Assembly (NCBI GenBank): GCA_963726195.1
Contig: CAVSBO010000015.1
Coordinates: 32,001 to 96,000 of the forward strand
Direction: 5' to 3'
DNA: 64,000 nt
Source of the DNA: Candidatus Thorarchaeota archaeon
Lineage (GTDB): Archaea > Asgardarchaeota > Thorarchaeia > Thorarchaeales > Thorarchaeaceae
The notes below the pieces were generated by a model that worked only from the letters and a program-made list of their open reading frames with translations, made no database searches and was not told the DNA's origin. Positions 40,638 to 48,887 of the stretch are shown in pieces. Each line of letters opens with the position of its first letter. The stretch's first letter is position 1. The position numbers and the translations under genes were made by a program.

Positions 40638-40981
40638 GCACTCAGCAGACGCTGAAGCTTCAGCAAATCCCTGACTGGCCCCTTTGGTTTAATCCGGCCC
40701 TCCATAGCTGCAATCGAGCCCGAGATTGTTCCATTAAGAACTCCCAGTATGGTCATACTGTCTGTCACTACTGTCATGTCCGGATTCTCCGGAGTCCCTT
40801 CTGTGGCGGACCCGTGTCCGTCTTGGAAGACCATCGTCACGTCGAGTCCTATGTCACTGAAGCTCATGAGCAGAGTTTTGTTGTACCCCTTGAAGTGCTT
40901 CATCATCTTGGGATCTTCTGTCTTGGCAGCCATCTTGCGCATTGCTTGCATAATATCTTCCTTAGTTGCCACAGTGTTCAC
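40634..40981 (-). CDS. SCP2 sterol/lipid-binding domain protein (copy 2)
   Basis: 'PDMTVVTDS..ILGVLNG...AAMEGRIKPKG..DLLKLQ'; paralogue of copy 1 (shared DPK..K.F.GYNKTL...F.DI). Confidence 0.85.
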   Translation of the reverse strand: MNTVATKEDIMQAMRKMAAKTEDPKMMKHFKGYNKTLLMSFSDIGLDVTMVFQDGHGSATEGTPENPDMTVVTDSMTILGVLNGTISGSIAAMEGRIKPKGPVRDLLKLQRLLSA

Positions 40982-41162
40982 GCCTCTGGTCTATGATGTT
41001 GGCATTTCCAGTTTGACCAATGCTTAGAATTGTAATGCCTATACAAAAGCTTGCCGAGCCATTTCTTGCTCGCGCGTGATGGCAATCGGACATGCGCAAT
41101 GGCATGTCCGTATCAGACACCTTATTTCGTGTCCCAAGACGGCTTCAAAACGGCGTAACACC

Positions 41163-42089
41163 GTGCAGATAGCTCAGGATCTTCTACTCAGATTCGGTTT
41201 GTTCTATCTCCTGATACTAGTAGGATACTTGATGAGCAGGGTGTCACAGAAAGTATTCACATTCGGCAAGCTCCTCAACTCTCTTCTGATTAACTTGTTT
41301 CTACCTTTTCTCGTGCTCTATACGCTTCTGAATGCATCCGGTCAGGCCCTCGTGGAACTCTCTGCTATCATCGGGATAGCAGTATTTGTCCACGTTCTCG
41401 GCGCGGCCCTAATGCTCGTGAGACTCAGGAAGTCGAAACTCGAGCGAAGGGCACAAGGGGCTCTGCTGCTTTCTGCTGCGTACCCCAACAGCATCTTCTT
41501 GCCGATTCCACTTGTCCTGATTTTCATAGGACCGCAGGGTATTCCGATTGTAGCACTGTTTTCCGTTGTCCAAGTAACGCTTCTAGCTTTTCTGGGCCCG
41601 ATTGTGGGCTCAGCGTATGGCGGCAAGAAGTCCGACTGGAAGTCTGCCGCCCGGAAAGTCCTCCTGTTTCCACCTCTGCTGGCAGTATTCCTTGCGCTTG
41701 CGCTGATGACCTTAGGTGTAGTTTTGCCAACCATCGTGACGTCGGGTCTCTCTCTGAGCGGCACACTGACGACGTATCTGGCACTACTTGAGGTAGGCAT
41801 TAGCGTCGGACATCGCTTCACCTTGGTCGATGCAAGGACCGCGTTAGATGCGATAGTCGTTCGCCAGCTTGTTGTACCTGCGATTGTTTTCGTTCTTCTG
41901 CTATTCATGGGCCTATCCCAAGTCACTTCGAAGGTTCTTATCTTAGAAGCCATGATGCCAGCGGCGGTAACAACAGTCGTCTACACGGCAGGTCTGAACC
42001 TAGACTCTGAGCTGACGGCGACGGTTGTTACGGTCGGTACGTTGTTGCTTCTCCCGACAATTCCTATTCTGTGGTTAATAATCGGGTAG
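41163..42089 (+). CDS. AEC (auxin efflux carrier) family transporter
   Basis: 'YPNSIFLPIPL', 'FPPLLA', 'RQLVVP', 'EAMMPAA'; about 10 TM helices. Confidence 0.85.
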   Translation: MQIAQDLLLRFGLFYLLILVGYLMSRVSQKVFTFGKLLNSLLINLFLPFLVLYTLLNASGQALVELSAIIGIAVFVHVLGAALMLVRLRKSKLERRAQGALLLSAAYPNSIFLPIPLVLIFIGPQGIPIVALFSVVQVTLLAFLGPIVGSAYGGKKSDWKSAARKVLLFPPLLAVFLALALMTLGVVLPTIVTSGLSLSGTLTTYLALLEVGISVGHRFTLVDARTALDAIVVRQLVVPAIVFVLLLFMGLSQVTSKVLILEAMMPAAVTTVVYTAGLNLDSELTATVVTVGTLLLLPTIPILWLIIG

Positions 42090-42184
42090 GCGGTCTTAGC
42101 GCCCGCTTGTGAAATACTTCATAGACTACTCCATCCGAACGCATATATGACGCAGTTCATAGTCACTTGCAAGCAGTGAGTTGA

Positions 42185-42508
42185 ATGAGCGGACGCGGTT
42201 CTGAAAAGGAGCGAGACCCCAGCAAGATCAAGAGGTCGCTCGATGATGCAGTGCACAAGCTTGACCAAGAGCCTAGTTCCAGCGAGAGCTGGGGTGAAAC
42301 CCTGTCTCAGAATCGAGAGGAGTGGGAGGAACTCAAGAGGAAAATCAAGGAACGACAGAGAGCGCTGAAGGCTCTGGTGCGTGAGAAGAGGGCAGGCACG
42401 ATCGGCACAGAGGAATTTGATAGGAACTACAAAGCCCTACAAGATGAACTCACGGAACTCGAGTTTGAAGTTTACAACATGCGACTAGGAACAGACCTGC
42501 ATGTTTGA
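42185..42508 (+). CDS. Hypothetical coiled-coil protein
   Basis: Charged helical ORF in an otherwise empty gap; 'GTIGTEEFDRNYKALQDEL'. Confidence 0.65.
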   Translation: MSGRGSEKERDPSKIKRSLDDAVHKLDQEPSSSESWGETLSQNREEWEELKRKIKERQRALKALVREKRAGTIGTEEFDRNYKALQDELTELEFEVYNMRLGTDLHV

Positions 42509-42532
42509 TTCTCCCATGCTAATCATCGTCGA

Positions 42533-43621
42533 CTATTCATGCTTCGCGCGCTGAATAAGTACTACAGTTTCGATTATCGCCACAGTCGCCAACAAACCTG
42601 AAATCATAATCAGTACAAGGTTGATAACGTTGCTTGAGTCAGCGGAGGTCTTGTGCTCAAGGGCAGAGACCAAGACCCCAAGGTTGTATGACATCATTGC
42701 CACGTAATCTGCGAGGCCTGAGAACGACACAGTATTCCACCAAAGCAGTGTGCCTCCATTGTCTTGGACAAGTTGTACTGCATACTCTCCGCCGGTCTCT
42801 AGCCGAGAGACATCAGATCCGAGGATTAGTTGGATGGAACCGTTCTTGAGTGCATCTCCGACTCTTTTGAGTTCATCAGGGGAGATAAATACGTTCTCAA
42901 CCTGTAGCACAGCGTCGCATTTGATCCAGAATGCTTCCGCTACGTAGGCCTCCTCTGCAGCGACCGCAATCGCTCTCATGCTATGGAAATGGTACTTCGC
43001 GTCCTGTATGGCGACAACGCTTTCGAAAGACTGAACGCTAGCTACGAATTGCCTGAAGTTTGCATCCCAGACACTGGACATTGCAGAGTTGAGAATCCCG
43101 AGAGCTGCACGCGTTGCGTTCGCTATCGCAATTGCGTTTCGCGGCAATAGCCAGTATCCATGTGGGTTGGCGTTTTCTTCTTGGGTTGTTTGGTTGCCTA
43201 TCCCTGCGCCGGGCATGGGCGACAGTAATGCCCCGTAGTCTTCGTATCGTCCCATCGCGCTGCTATCCTTCAAGCTCACGAATGGTTTGCCTGTCTCGTT
43301 GATTAACTCAGATTCCCACGCGAAGTGACCCGTAAGAACGAGCAGGTCCGCAGCGTTAGCAGTATTCACAACATCCAAGGTTAGCTGAGATTCATGGGGA
43401 TCTATTCCTTCAGGGAACAGGGTGGATGCATTAACATATCCTCCTCCAATCCGCTGCGCAATTCCCGTGAGAGGAGAAATGGCCCCTGCAATCTTCAGAA
43501 CAGACGAACTAGTAACGGAAGGCAAAGCAGTTGCTGTCGCTGGACAAAGTGTCAGAAACAAAACGGAAACGACAACAATCATGGCTCTATCCGCGGCCAC
43601 TATTCCCATCTCGGACTTCAT
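42533..43621 (-). CDS. Zn/Mn ABC transporter substrate-binding protein (ZnuA/TroA family) with C-terminal TM anchor
   Basis: 'DPHE', 'ADLLVLTG', 'NPHGYWLLPRNA', 'MMSYNL', signal peptide. Confidence 0.85.
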   Translation of the reverse strand: MKSEMGIVAADRAMIVVVSVLFLTLCPATATALPSVTSSSVLKIAGAISPLTGIAQRIGGGYVNASTLFPEGIDPHESQLTLDVVNTANAADLLVLTGHFAWESELINETGKPFVSLKDSSAMGRYEDYGALLSPMPGAGIGNQTTQEENANPHGYWLLPRNAIAIANATRAALGILNSAMSSVWDANFRQFVASVQSFESVVAIQDAKYHFHSMRAIAVAAEEAYVAEAFWIKCDAVLQVENVFISPDELKRVGDALKNGSIQLILGSDVSRLETGGEYAVQLVQDNGGTLLWWNTVSFSGLADYVAMMSYNLGVLVSALEHKTSADSSNVINLVLIMISGLLATVAIIETVVLIQRAKHE

Positions 43622-43624
43622 GTG

Positions 43625-43652
43625 ATATTAACATTTCATGAAATGCTAATAT
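43625..43652. promoter_or_regulatory. 28-bp palindrome ATATTA-N16-TAATAT; candidate NikR-type operator
   Basis: ATATTAACATTTCATGAAATGCTAATAT has 13 of 14 pairs complementary; starts 4 bp from the binding-protein start codon, in the divergent gap before the NikR-like gene. Confidence 0.75.
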
Positions 43653-43734
43653 TCTTAAGGATTCCGGCCAGTGATGAAATACGCTCTCACGTTGCAGTGA
43701 ATCGTTTCTGTCAAACATAATGCTGGCTGTCAAG

Positions 43735-44130
43735 ATGGCGATAGTAGCTGTGTCAATGTCTGATTCTGAATTGAACGAGCTTGAGAACATGCAAACCGAC
43801 GGTGGCTTTTCCAGTAGGTCAGAAGTCGTGAGACACGCACTTCAGTCTCTGATTGCAGAGCAGAGAACGCTTGAACAGGCTTCAGGTGACATTACGGCTG
43901 TCCTCACGGTCGTGTATTCAGAAAAGGGAAAAAACGACCAGTGTGATCAGGTCCAACACGATTACAGTCAAATGATAACCGCGGTCATGCATGCTCACGC
44001 GACCGATGGCGGTTGCGTCGAAGTGATGTTGGTCAAAGGTGGGGCAAGCGATGTGAGGGAGTTTCTGAAGAGGCTTAGAGCCCAAAAGCACGTGATTCGT
44101 GTTCAGGTTAACCTTGTTGGAGCGCAATGA
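43735..44130 (+). CDS. nikR: NikR-like ribbon-helix-helix metal-responsive regulator
   Basis: 'IVAVSM..GGFSSRSEVVRHAL'; metal ligands 'QHDY..MHAH.....CVEV'. Confidence 0.82.
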   Translation: MAIVAVSMSDSELNELENMQTDGGFSSRSEVVRHALQSLIAEQRTLEQASGDITAVLTVVYSEKGKNDQCDQVQHDYSQMITAVMHAHATDGGCVEVMLVKGGASDVREFLKRLRAQKHVIRVQVNLVGAQ

Positions 44131-44131
44131 C

Positions 44132-44934
44132 ATGGAACCGAAATACCTCTTTGATGCCGCGAATCTCTCAGTCAGATATCCGAATGGAGAGGTAGCATTA
44201 CATGATGTCACTTTCAGAGTGAAAGCTCCATCGTTTACTGCTATCATCGGTCCGAATGGGTCAGGAAAGAGCACATTGCTCAAGACCGCACTAGGCATGC
44301 TCAAGCCTCTCACGGGATATGTAAAGGTCCTAGGTTATGATTCAGTCCGTGACAAGGTGAAGATTCGAAGACTCGTACGATACGTGCCGCAAAGAGACAG
44401 AATCGGGCTCACTGTGCCAATGAAGGTCAAGGACATTGTGCTCATGGGCCGATTGCTGAAAAAGCTCCCCCTAGGCTTGCTTCCAGTAATGACATCGAAG
44501 TTGCCAAGACTGCATTGAAACAGGTCGACATGCTCGACATGTGGAACCATCCTTTTCCAGAACTTTCCGGCGGTCAACGCCAAAGAGTTCTCGTTGCGAG
44601 GGCATTAGCCGGAAAGGGCGAAATACTCATGCTTGATGAACCTCTTACTGGCACCGACATAGAGAGCCAGGATTTGATTGTCAAGGCCCTAAGTGATTAC
44701 CACCAGAACAACGACGTTAGCATTGTAATCGTCACTCACGACCTCAACCCAGTTCACACGCTAGTTGAGAATGTCGTCCTTCTCAAGGGAACCGTTGAAG
44801 GAATCGGTGAGCCATGCAGCATTATGGATCCTGAGATTGTTGCTCGCGTCTACGGGCCAACTGCTAGGATTGTGGAATACGGTGGACACAAGTACTGTGT
44901 GATGAAGGACCTGGGGTTTGATCATCATGATTGA
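44132..44934 (+). CDS. Metal ABC transporter ATPase (ZnuC-like); frameshift near 44470
   Basis: 'GPNGSGKST', 'YVPQ', 'LSGGQRQRV', 'LDEP..G.D', 'VTHDL'. Confidence 0.88.
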
Positions 44935-45865
44935 CATCATTCAACTCATCCTATCAACGCCGTTCTTGCAGCGCGCACTTGTTGGTGCAATACTCATTGC
45001 AATCGTGTCTTCTACCAGCGGTACATTTCTCGTGTTCCGAGGTCTCTCGTTCATGACGTCCGGTGTTGCCCATGCCGCCCTAGGGGGTGCAGCTCTCGGG
45101 TTGTTCTTGCAGTACTCGGGACTGGTCCCTTGGTTCGATCCAATACTCGGGGCACTTGTCTTCAGCGTCTTTGTGGCGCTGGTAACAGGGTACGCTGGTG
45201 AGTCAGGATTGACGGAGAAGATGGAGGTCGCAGTCGGCGTATCATTTGCGTTGTCGATGAGCATTGCGGTATTCCTGATGTACTACATTCCGCCAGCACA
45301 GGTTCCGCAAATATGGGGCTATCTCATAGGCGACATCCTACTGCTTAACACCTTCGATATTGTCATGCTTGCAGGAACAGCTTTGCTTCTTCTCCTTGTC
45401 ACGATGATGTTCAACAAGGAGTTCGTCTATGTCAGCGTTGACATGGAGGGTTCTCTCGCGCACGGGTTGAACGCACGTCTGTATCACTACTTGATGCTCG
45501 TGATGTCAGCACTTGCCATCGCTCTTGCCACCAAGGCGGTCGGAGCGATTCTTGTGTACGCCATTATGGTCGCCCCTGCCGCGGCATCCAATGAGGTTGT
45601 TCATTCCGTCCGAGGTGTTGTCATAGCGGTCTTCTGCATTGCAGTTTTTTCAGAGATGGTTGGGCTTGCAGCGTCATTTGCAGTCAGAGCGTCACCAAGC
45701 GCGATTGCGGGCATCATTGCAGCATTATCATATGTCGTAGCGATACAAATCAAGAGAACTCGTGAGAGAGTAAAGCACCTAGACGTGCCATCAAGCCCGG
45801 AGGATTCGAAGAAGGTCAATGTAGAGGAGGCATTTGTCCAGCCAGATGTCAATCATTCCCATTGA
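44927..45865 (+). CDS. Metal ABC transporter permease (ZnuB-like)
   Basis: 'FLQRAL', 'AHAALGG', 'YLIGDIL', 'VGAILV..IMVAPAA'. Confidence 0.9.
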   Translation: MIDIIQLILSTPFLQRALVGAILIAIVSSTSGTFLVFRGLSFMTSGVAHAALGGAALGLFLQYSGLVPWFDPILGALVFSVFVALVTGYAGESGLTEKMEVAVGVSFALSMSIAVFLMYYIPPAQVPQIWGYLIGDILLLNTFDIVMLAGTALLLLLVTMMFNKEFVYVSVDMEGSLAHGLNARLYHYLMLVMSALAIALATKAVGAILVYAIMVAPAAASNEVVHSVRGVVIAVFCIAVFSEMVGLAASFAVRASPSAIAGIIAALSYVVAIQIKRTRERVKHLDVPSSPEDSKKVNVEEAFVQPDVNHSH

Positions 45866-45960
45866 CAGGAGCAAGTGCCTGCACAATATCTCCGGTACAC
45901 TATGCAGTTTCTTGGCGGTATGTTTAAGTAAGATACGGGGGCTCCCCGCCGGCAAGGTCG

Positions 45961-46365
45961 GTGAGAACGGCTGTGAGCGATGAGGTTCCAGAGCGCCGCG
46001 AGGTTGTACGATCCACCATAATCTCGGTGATGCTTGCTGTGGTTTTTCTTATTCTCGCCATTGCTTTCTGGGCTTGGTCAGCTCCCGGACTTGTAAGTCC
46101 GGTTTCTCTCCTGAATTCCGTCAATCCATACATAACCGTGGTCCTTGAGATTCTGGCGATGTTCGGTTTCTTTGTTTTCGTAACAGTAACCGTGGTGAAT
46201 CTCCGGCTTGGTCTCACGGAGATACGTGCGGGATGGACTGAGATAATCGCGATGATTGTCTTGGTGACGGTAGTCTCCTGGGCGATGTTTGGTGCAAGTG
46301 TAAGCGGAGCTAGCATGATTCTCTCGCTGGCCTTTGTAGTCTATCTGTACTTGCTCCAAGATTGA
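45961..46365 (+). CDS. Hypothetical membrane protein (about 4 TM)
   Basis: Hydrophobic ORF filling the gap before psmA. Confidence 0.65.
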   Translation: MRTAVSDEVPERREVVRSTIISVMLAVVFLILAIAFWAWSAPGLVSPVSLLNSVNPYITVVLEILAMFGFFVFVTVTVVNLRLGLTEIRAGWTEIIAMIVLVTVVSWAMFGASVSGASMILSLAFVVYLYLLQD

Positions 46366-46590
46366 GCGCAACAGCAGGCGGCGCGCGAACAGAAGCATGG
46401 CCTCTAACTTGGAAACACCATAAGGTTTATGTGGTAAGTCCAAGGTAAGCCCGATTAGTCCAGTGGCAGAACTCGAGAACGCTAGCCGCATTGAACGCGT
46501 CTGAACTGGCTGGCCTCATCGGCTGGCTCTAATGGTTCTGAGCTCGTGACCTCGCGATATTGTTGCGAGCACTACTTGGAGGATATTGTC

Positions 46591-47324
46591 ATGTTTGGTA
46601 TCAGCGGCGCAGGCTACGATATGAGCACTAGCATATTCAGCCCTGACGGCCGTATATTCGCCGCAGAATATGCAAAGAAGGCTGTGGAGCAAGGAGCGAC
46701 ATCGATAGGCATTCTCGTCAACGACGGAGTGGTTCTTCTGGCCGAGAAGAAGATGATGCCGCTGCAGGAATCAGAAAGTGTAGAGAAGATATCCAAGGTC
46801 GACGACCATGTGGGCGTTGCAACGTCCGGCTTCATGGCTGATGCTCGGAGACTGCTTGAGGAAGCGAGAATCAAGGCACAGTCTTACTGGGTCACGTATG
46901 ATGAGCCTATTCCTGCCGAGGCACTAGCCGAACACATATGCGATATCAAATCACAGTTCACACTCGATGCCAGGGGTCGTCCATTTGGAGTAGCGATGAT
47001 CATCGCATCAGTCGATCCGGATGGCCAACCTCATCTGTTCGTTACCGACCCAGTAGGGACCTACTTTGGCTTTCTCGCTGCAGTAATCGGCCGCGGGAGC
47101 ACTCGAGCGGGAGAATACCTTGAGAAGCAGTACAAGCGTAAGTTGAAGCTGCCCAGGCAACTACTCTGGCAGTTGATGCTCTTCGCCAAGCCAGTGATAC
47201 AGAACTAACTTCCGAGAATGTTGAGATAGCCAGAATAGCTGTTAGTGACGGCAAGTTCTATAGACTTACTCGGTCAGAGATTGACGGTCTCCTTACGCCC
47301 GCGAAACCAGAGAAGAAGTCCTAA
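46591..47324 (+). CDS. psmA: Proteasome alpha subunit; frameshift near 47150
   Basis: 'YD...IFSPDGR...EYA', 'SG..ADAR', 'RPFGV', 'TDP.G', 'IGRG'; alternate frame continues 'LAVDALRQA..ENVEIA..FYRLT..EID' to TAA at 47324. Confidence 0.93.
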
Positions 47325-47339
47325 GGAGATGGCAGAAAG

Positions 47340-48065
47340 TTGATGGGTTCGGGCACCAAGGCGGGCGACAAGTGGGTAAAGCTTGATTCCGTAATCATAG
47401 GCTGGCAGAAGGGTCATCTTCGGTTTGAGATACTCGTGGATCCGGAATTGGCTTTCAGGTACAGACGGGGTGAAGACGTGCCCCTTGAGGACATCCTGAA
47501 GTCCTATGATATCTATGAGGATGCCAAGCGAGGGGGTCACGCTTCAATGGATCTCGTGAAAGACACATTCGGGACGACCGAGATATTCGAAATCGCTCCC
47601 GAGATAATCAAGCACGGACAATTCAAACTCACGGCGGAGCAACGAACGCAGCTTGTGCAAGAGAAAACCGAAACGATCATTGCTAGCATCGCGAAACGCG
47701 CTATTAACCCACAAACAGGGCACCCACATCCCCCAGAAAGGATTCGTCAAGCAATGCAGGAGGCCAAGGTCAGGGTTGACCCGTTCATCAAGGTTGATGA
47801 GCAAATCCCCAATGTTGTCAAGGCACTACTTGTAATCATTCCGATTTCCTTTGAGAGTGTCAAGATCAGGATTACGATACCTGCGGCCTATACAGGAAAG
47901 GGGTACAGCATGGTGGCCAATGTCGGTGTGGTCAAGTCGGATGCCTGGGAGCGTGATGGCTCGTGGTCTGGACTTGTCGAGATACCCGCATCGGAGAGAC
48001 AGACGCTCTACGATGAACTGAATAAGATGTCGAAGGGACAGATTCGGATTGAGGTGGAGAGGTAG
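47340..48065 (+). CDS. Ribosome maturation factor SBDS/Sdo1
   Basis: 'RFEILVDP', 'FGTT', 'LTAEQR', 'INPQTGHPHPPERI', 'DGSW'. Confidence 0.95.
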   Translation: MMGSGTKAGDKWVKLDSVIIGWQKGHLRFEILVDPELAFRYRRGEDVPLEDILKSYDIYEDAKRGGHASMDLVKDTFGTTEIFEIAPEIIKHGQFKLTAEQRTQLVQEKTETIIASIAKRAINPQTGHPHPPERIRQAMQEAKVRVDPFIKVDEQIPNVVKALLVIIPISFESVKIRITIPAAYTGKGYSMVANVGVVKSDAWERDGSWSGLVEIPASERQTLYDELNKMSKGQIRIEVER

Positions 48066-48132
48066 TTCTCAATCCCAACCAAGCAATCAAGATCATCTAC
48101 ATAAAAGTGAAGAATGAGGGAATAGGAATACA

Positions 48133-48885
48133 TTGGCAGGCATATTCTTTCAGAAAAGGGAGATAGTGGTCCCAGGCCAACTGTTGGCCGAAGGAAGATA
48201 TCGCGCCACGACAGGGACTTACTCCGAAGCCGATGGTAAGATATACTCGGCATTGGTTGGCCTCGCAGAGCTCCGGGGAAACACGGTGAAAGTCGTTCCA
48301 CTCGAGGGAGTCTACATTCCGCGAGAGGGAGACTTCGTCATTGGGACTATAACGCAAGTAGCAGGTAACAACTGGAAGCTTGACATTGGTGGTCCCTACG
48401 AGGCGTCGCTCCATGCCAACAATGCGCTTCGACGTCCATATGACGAGGACATTTCGCACTACATGGACATAGGCGACGTGATATCTGCAGAGGTCATAAC
48501 ATTCGACAGGAACAGCGGACCATTTCTCTCCATGAAGGGCAGGGGTTTCAGGAAGCTAACCGAAGGGATGATTCTTGAAGTTAGCCCTGCAAAGATACCT
48601 CGAATTATCGGAAGAAGAGGTTCAATGATAAACATGATAAAGGATTTGTTGCACATCCAGACTGCAGTTGGGCAGAACGGTCGGATATGGATTCGGGCTT
48701 CAGACATCCCGACCCTACGTCTCGCGGTGAAGGCCTTCAAGATGATTGAGGAACAGGCCCACACGTCGAAACTGACTGACAGGATCAATATCATGCTTCA
48801 GGAAGAGACGGCCAAGCTGAAAGGAACTCAGGGTGCACAACTCGGAAATGAAACTGATGATAGTGAAAAGGAGGATTCGAACTAA
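48133..48885 (+). CDS. rrp4: Exosome RNA-binding subunit Rrp4
   Basis: 'VVPGQLL', 'YIPREGDFVIG', KH 'PRIIGRRGSMI', 'GQNGRIW'. Confidence 0.95.
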   Translation: MAGIFFQKREIVVPGQLLAEGRYRATTGTYSEADGKIYSALVGLAELRGNTVKVVPLEGVYIPREGDFVIGTITQVAGNNWKLDIGGPYEASLHANNALRRPYDEDISHYMDIGDVISAEVITFDRNSGPFLSMKGRGFRKLTEGMILEVSPAKIPRIIGRRGSMINMIKDLLHIQTAVGQNGRIWIRASDIPTLRLAVKAFKMIEEQAHTSKLTDRINIMLQEETAKLKGTQGAQLGNETDDSEKEDSN

Positions 48886-48887
48886 AG

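Noticed and set aside
46449-46527. tRNA-like start GCCCGAT-TA-GTCC-AGTGGCA-GAAC
   Set aside because: No T-arm (GTTCRA) at a workable position and no full complementary acceptor strand; kept only as part of a possible structured leader
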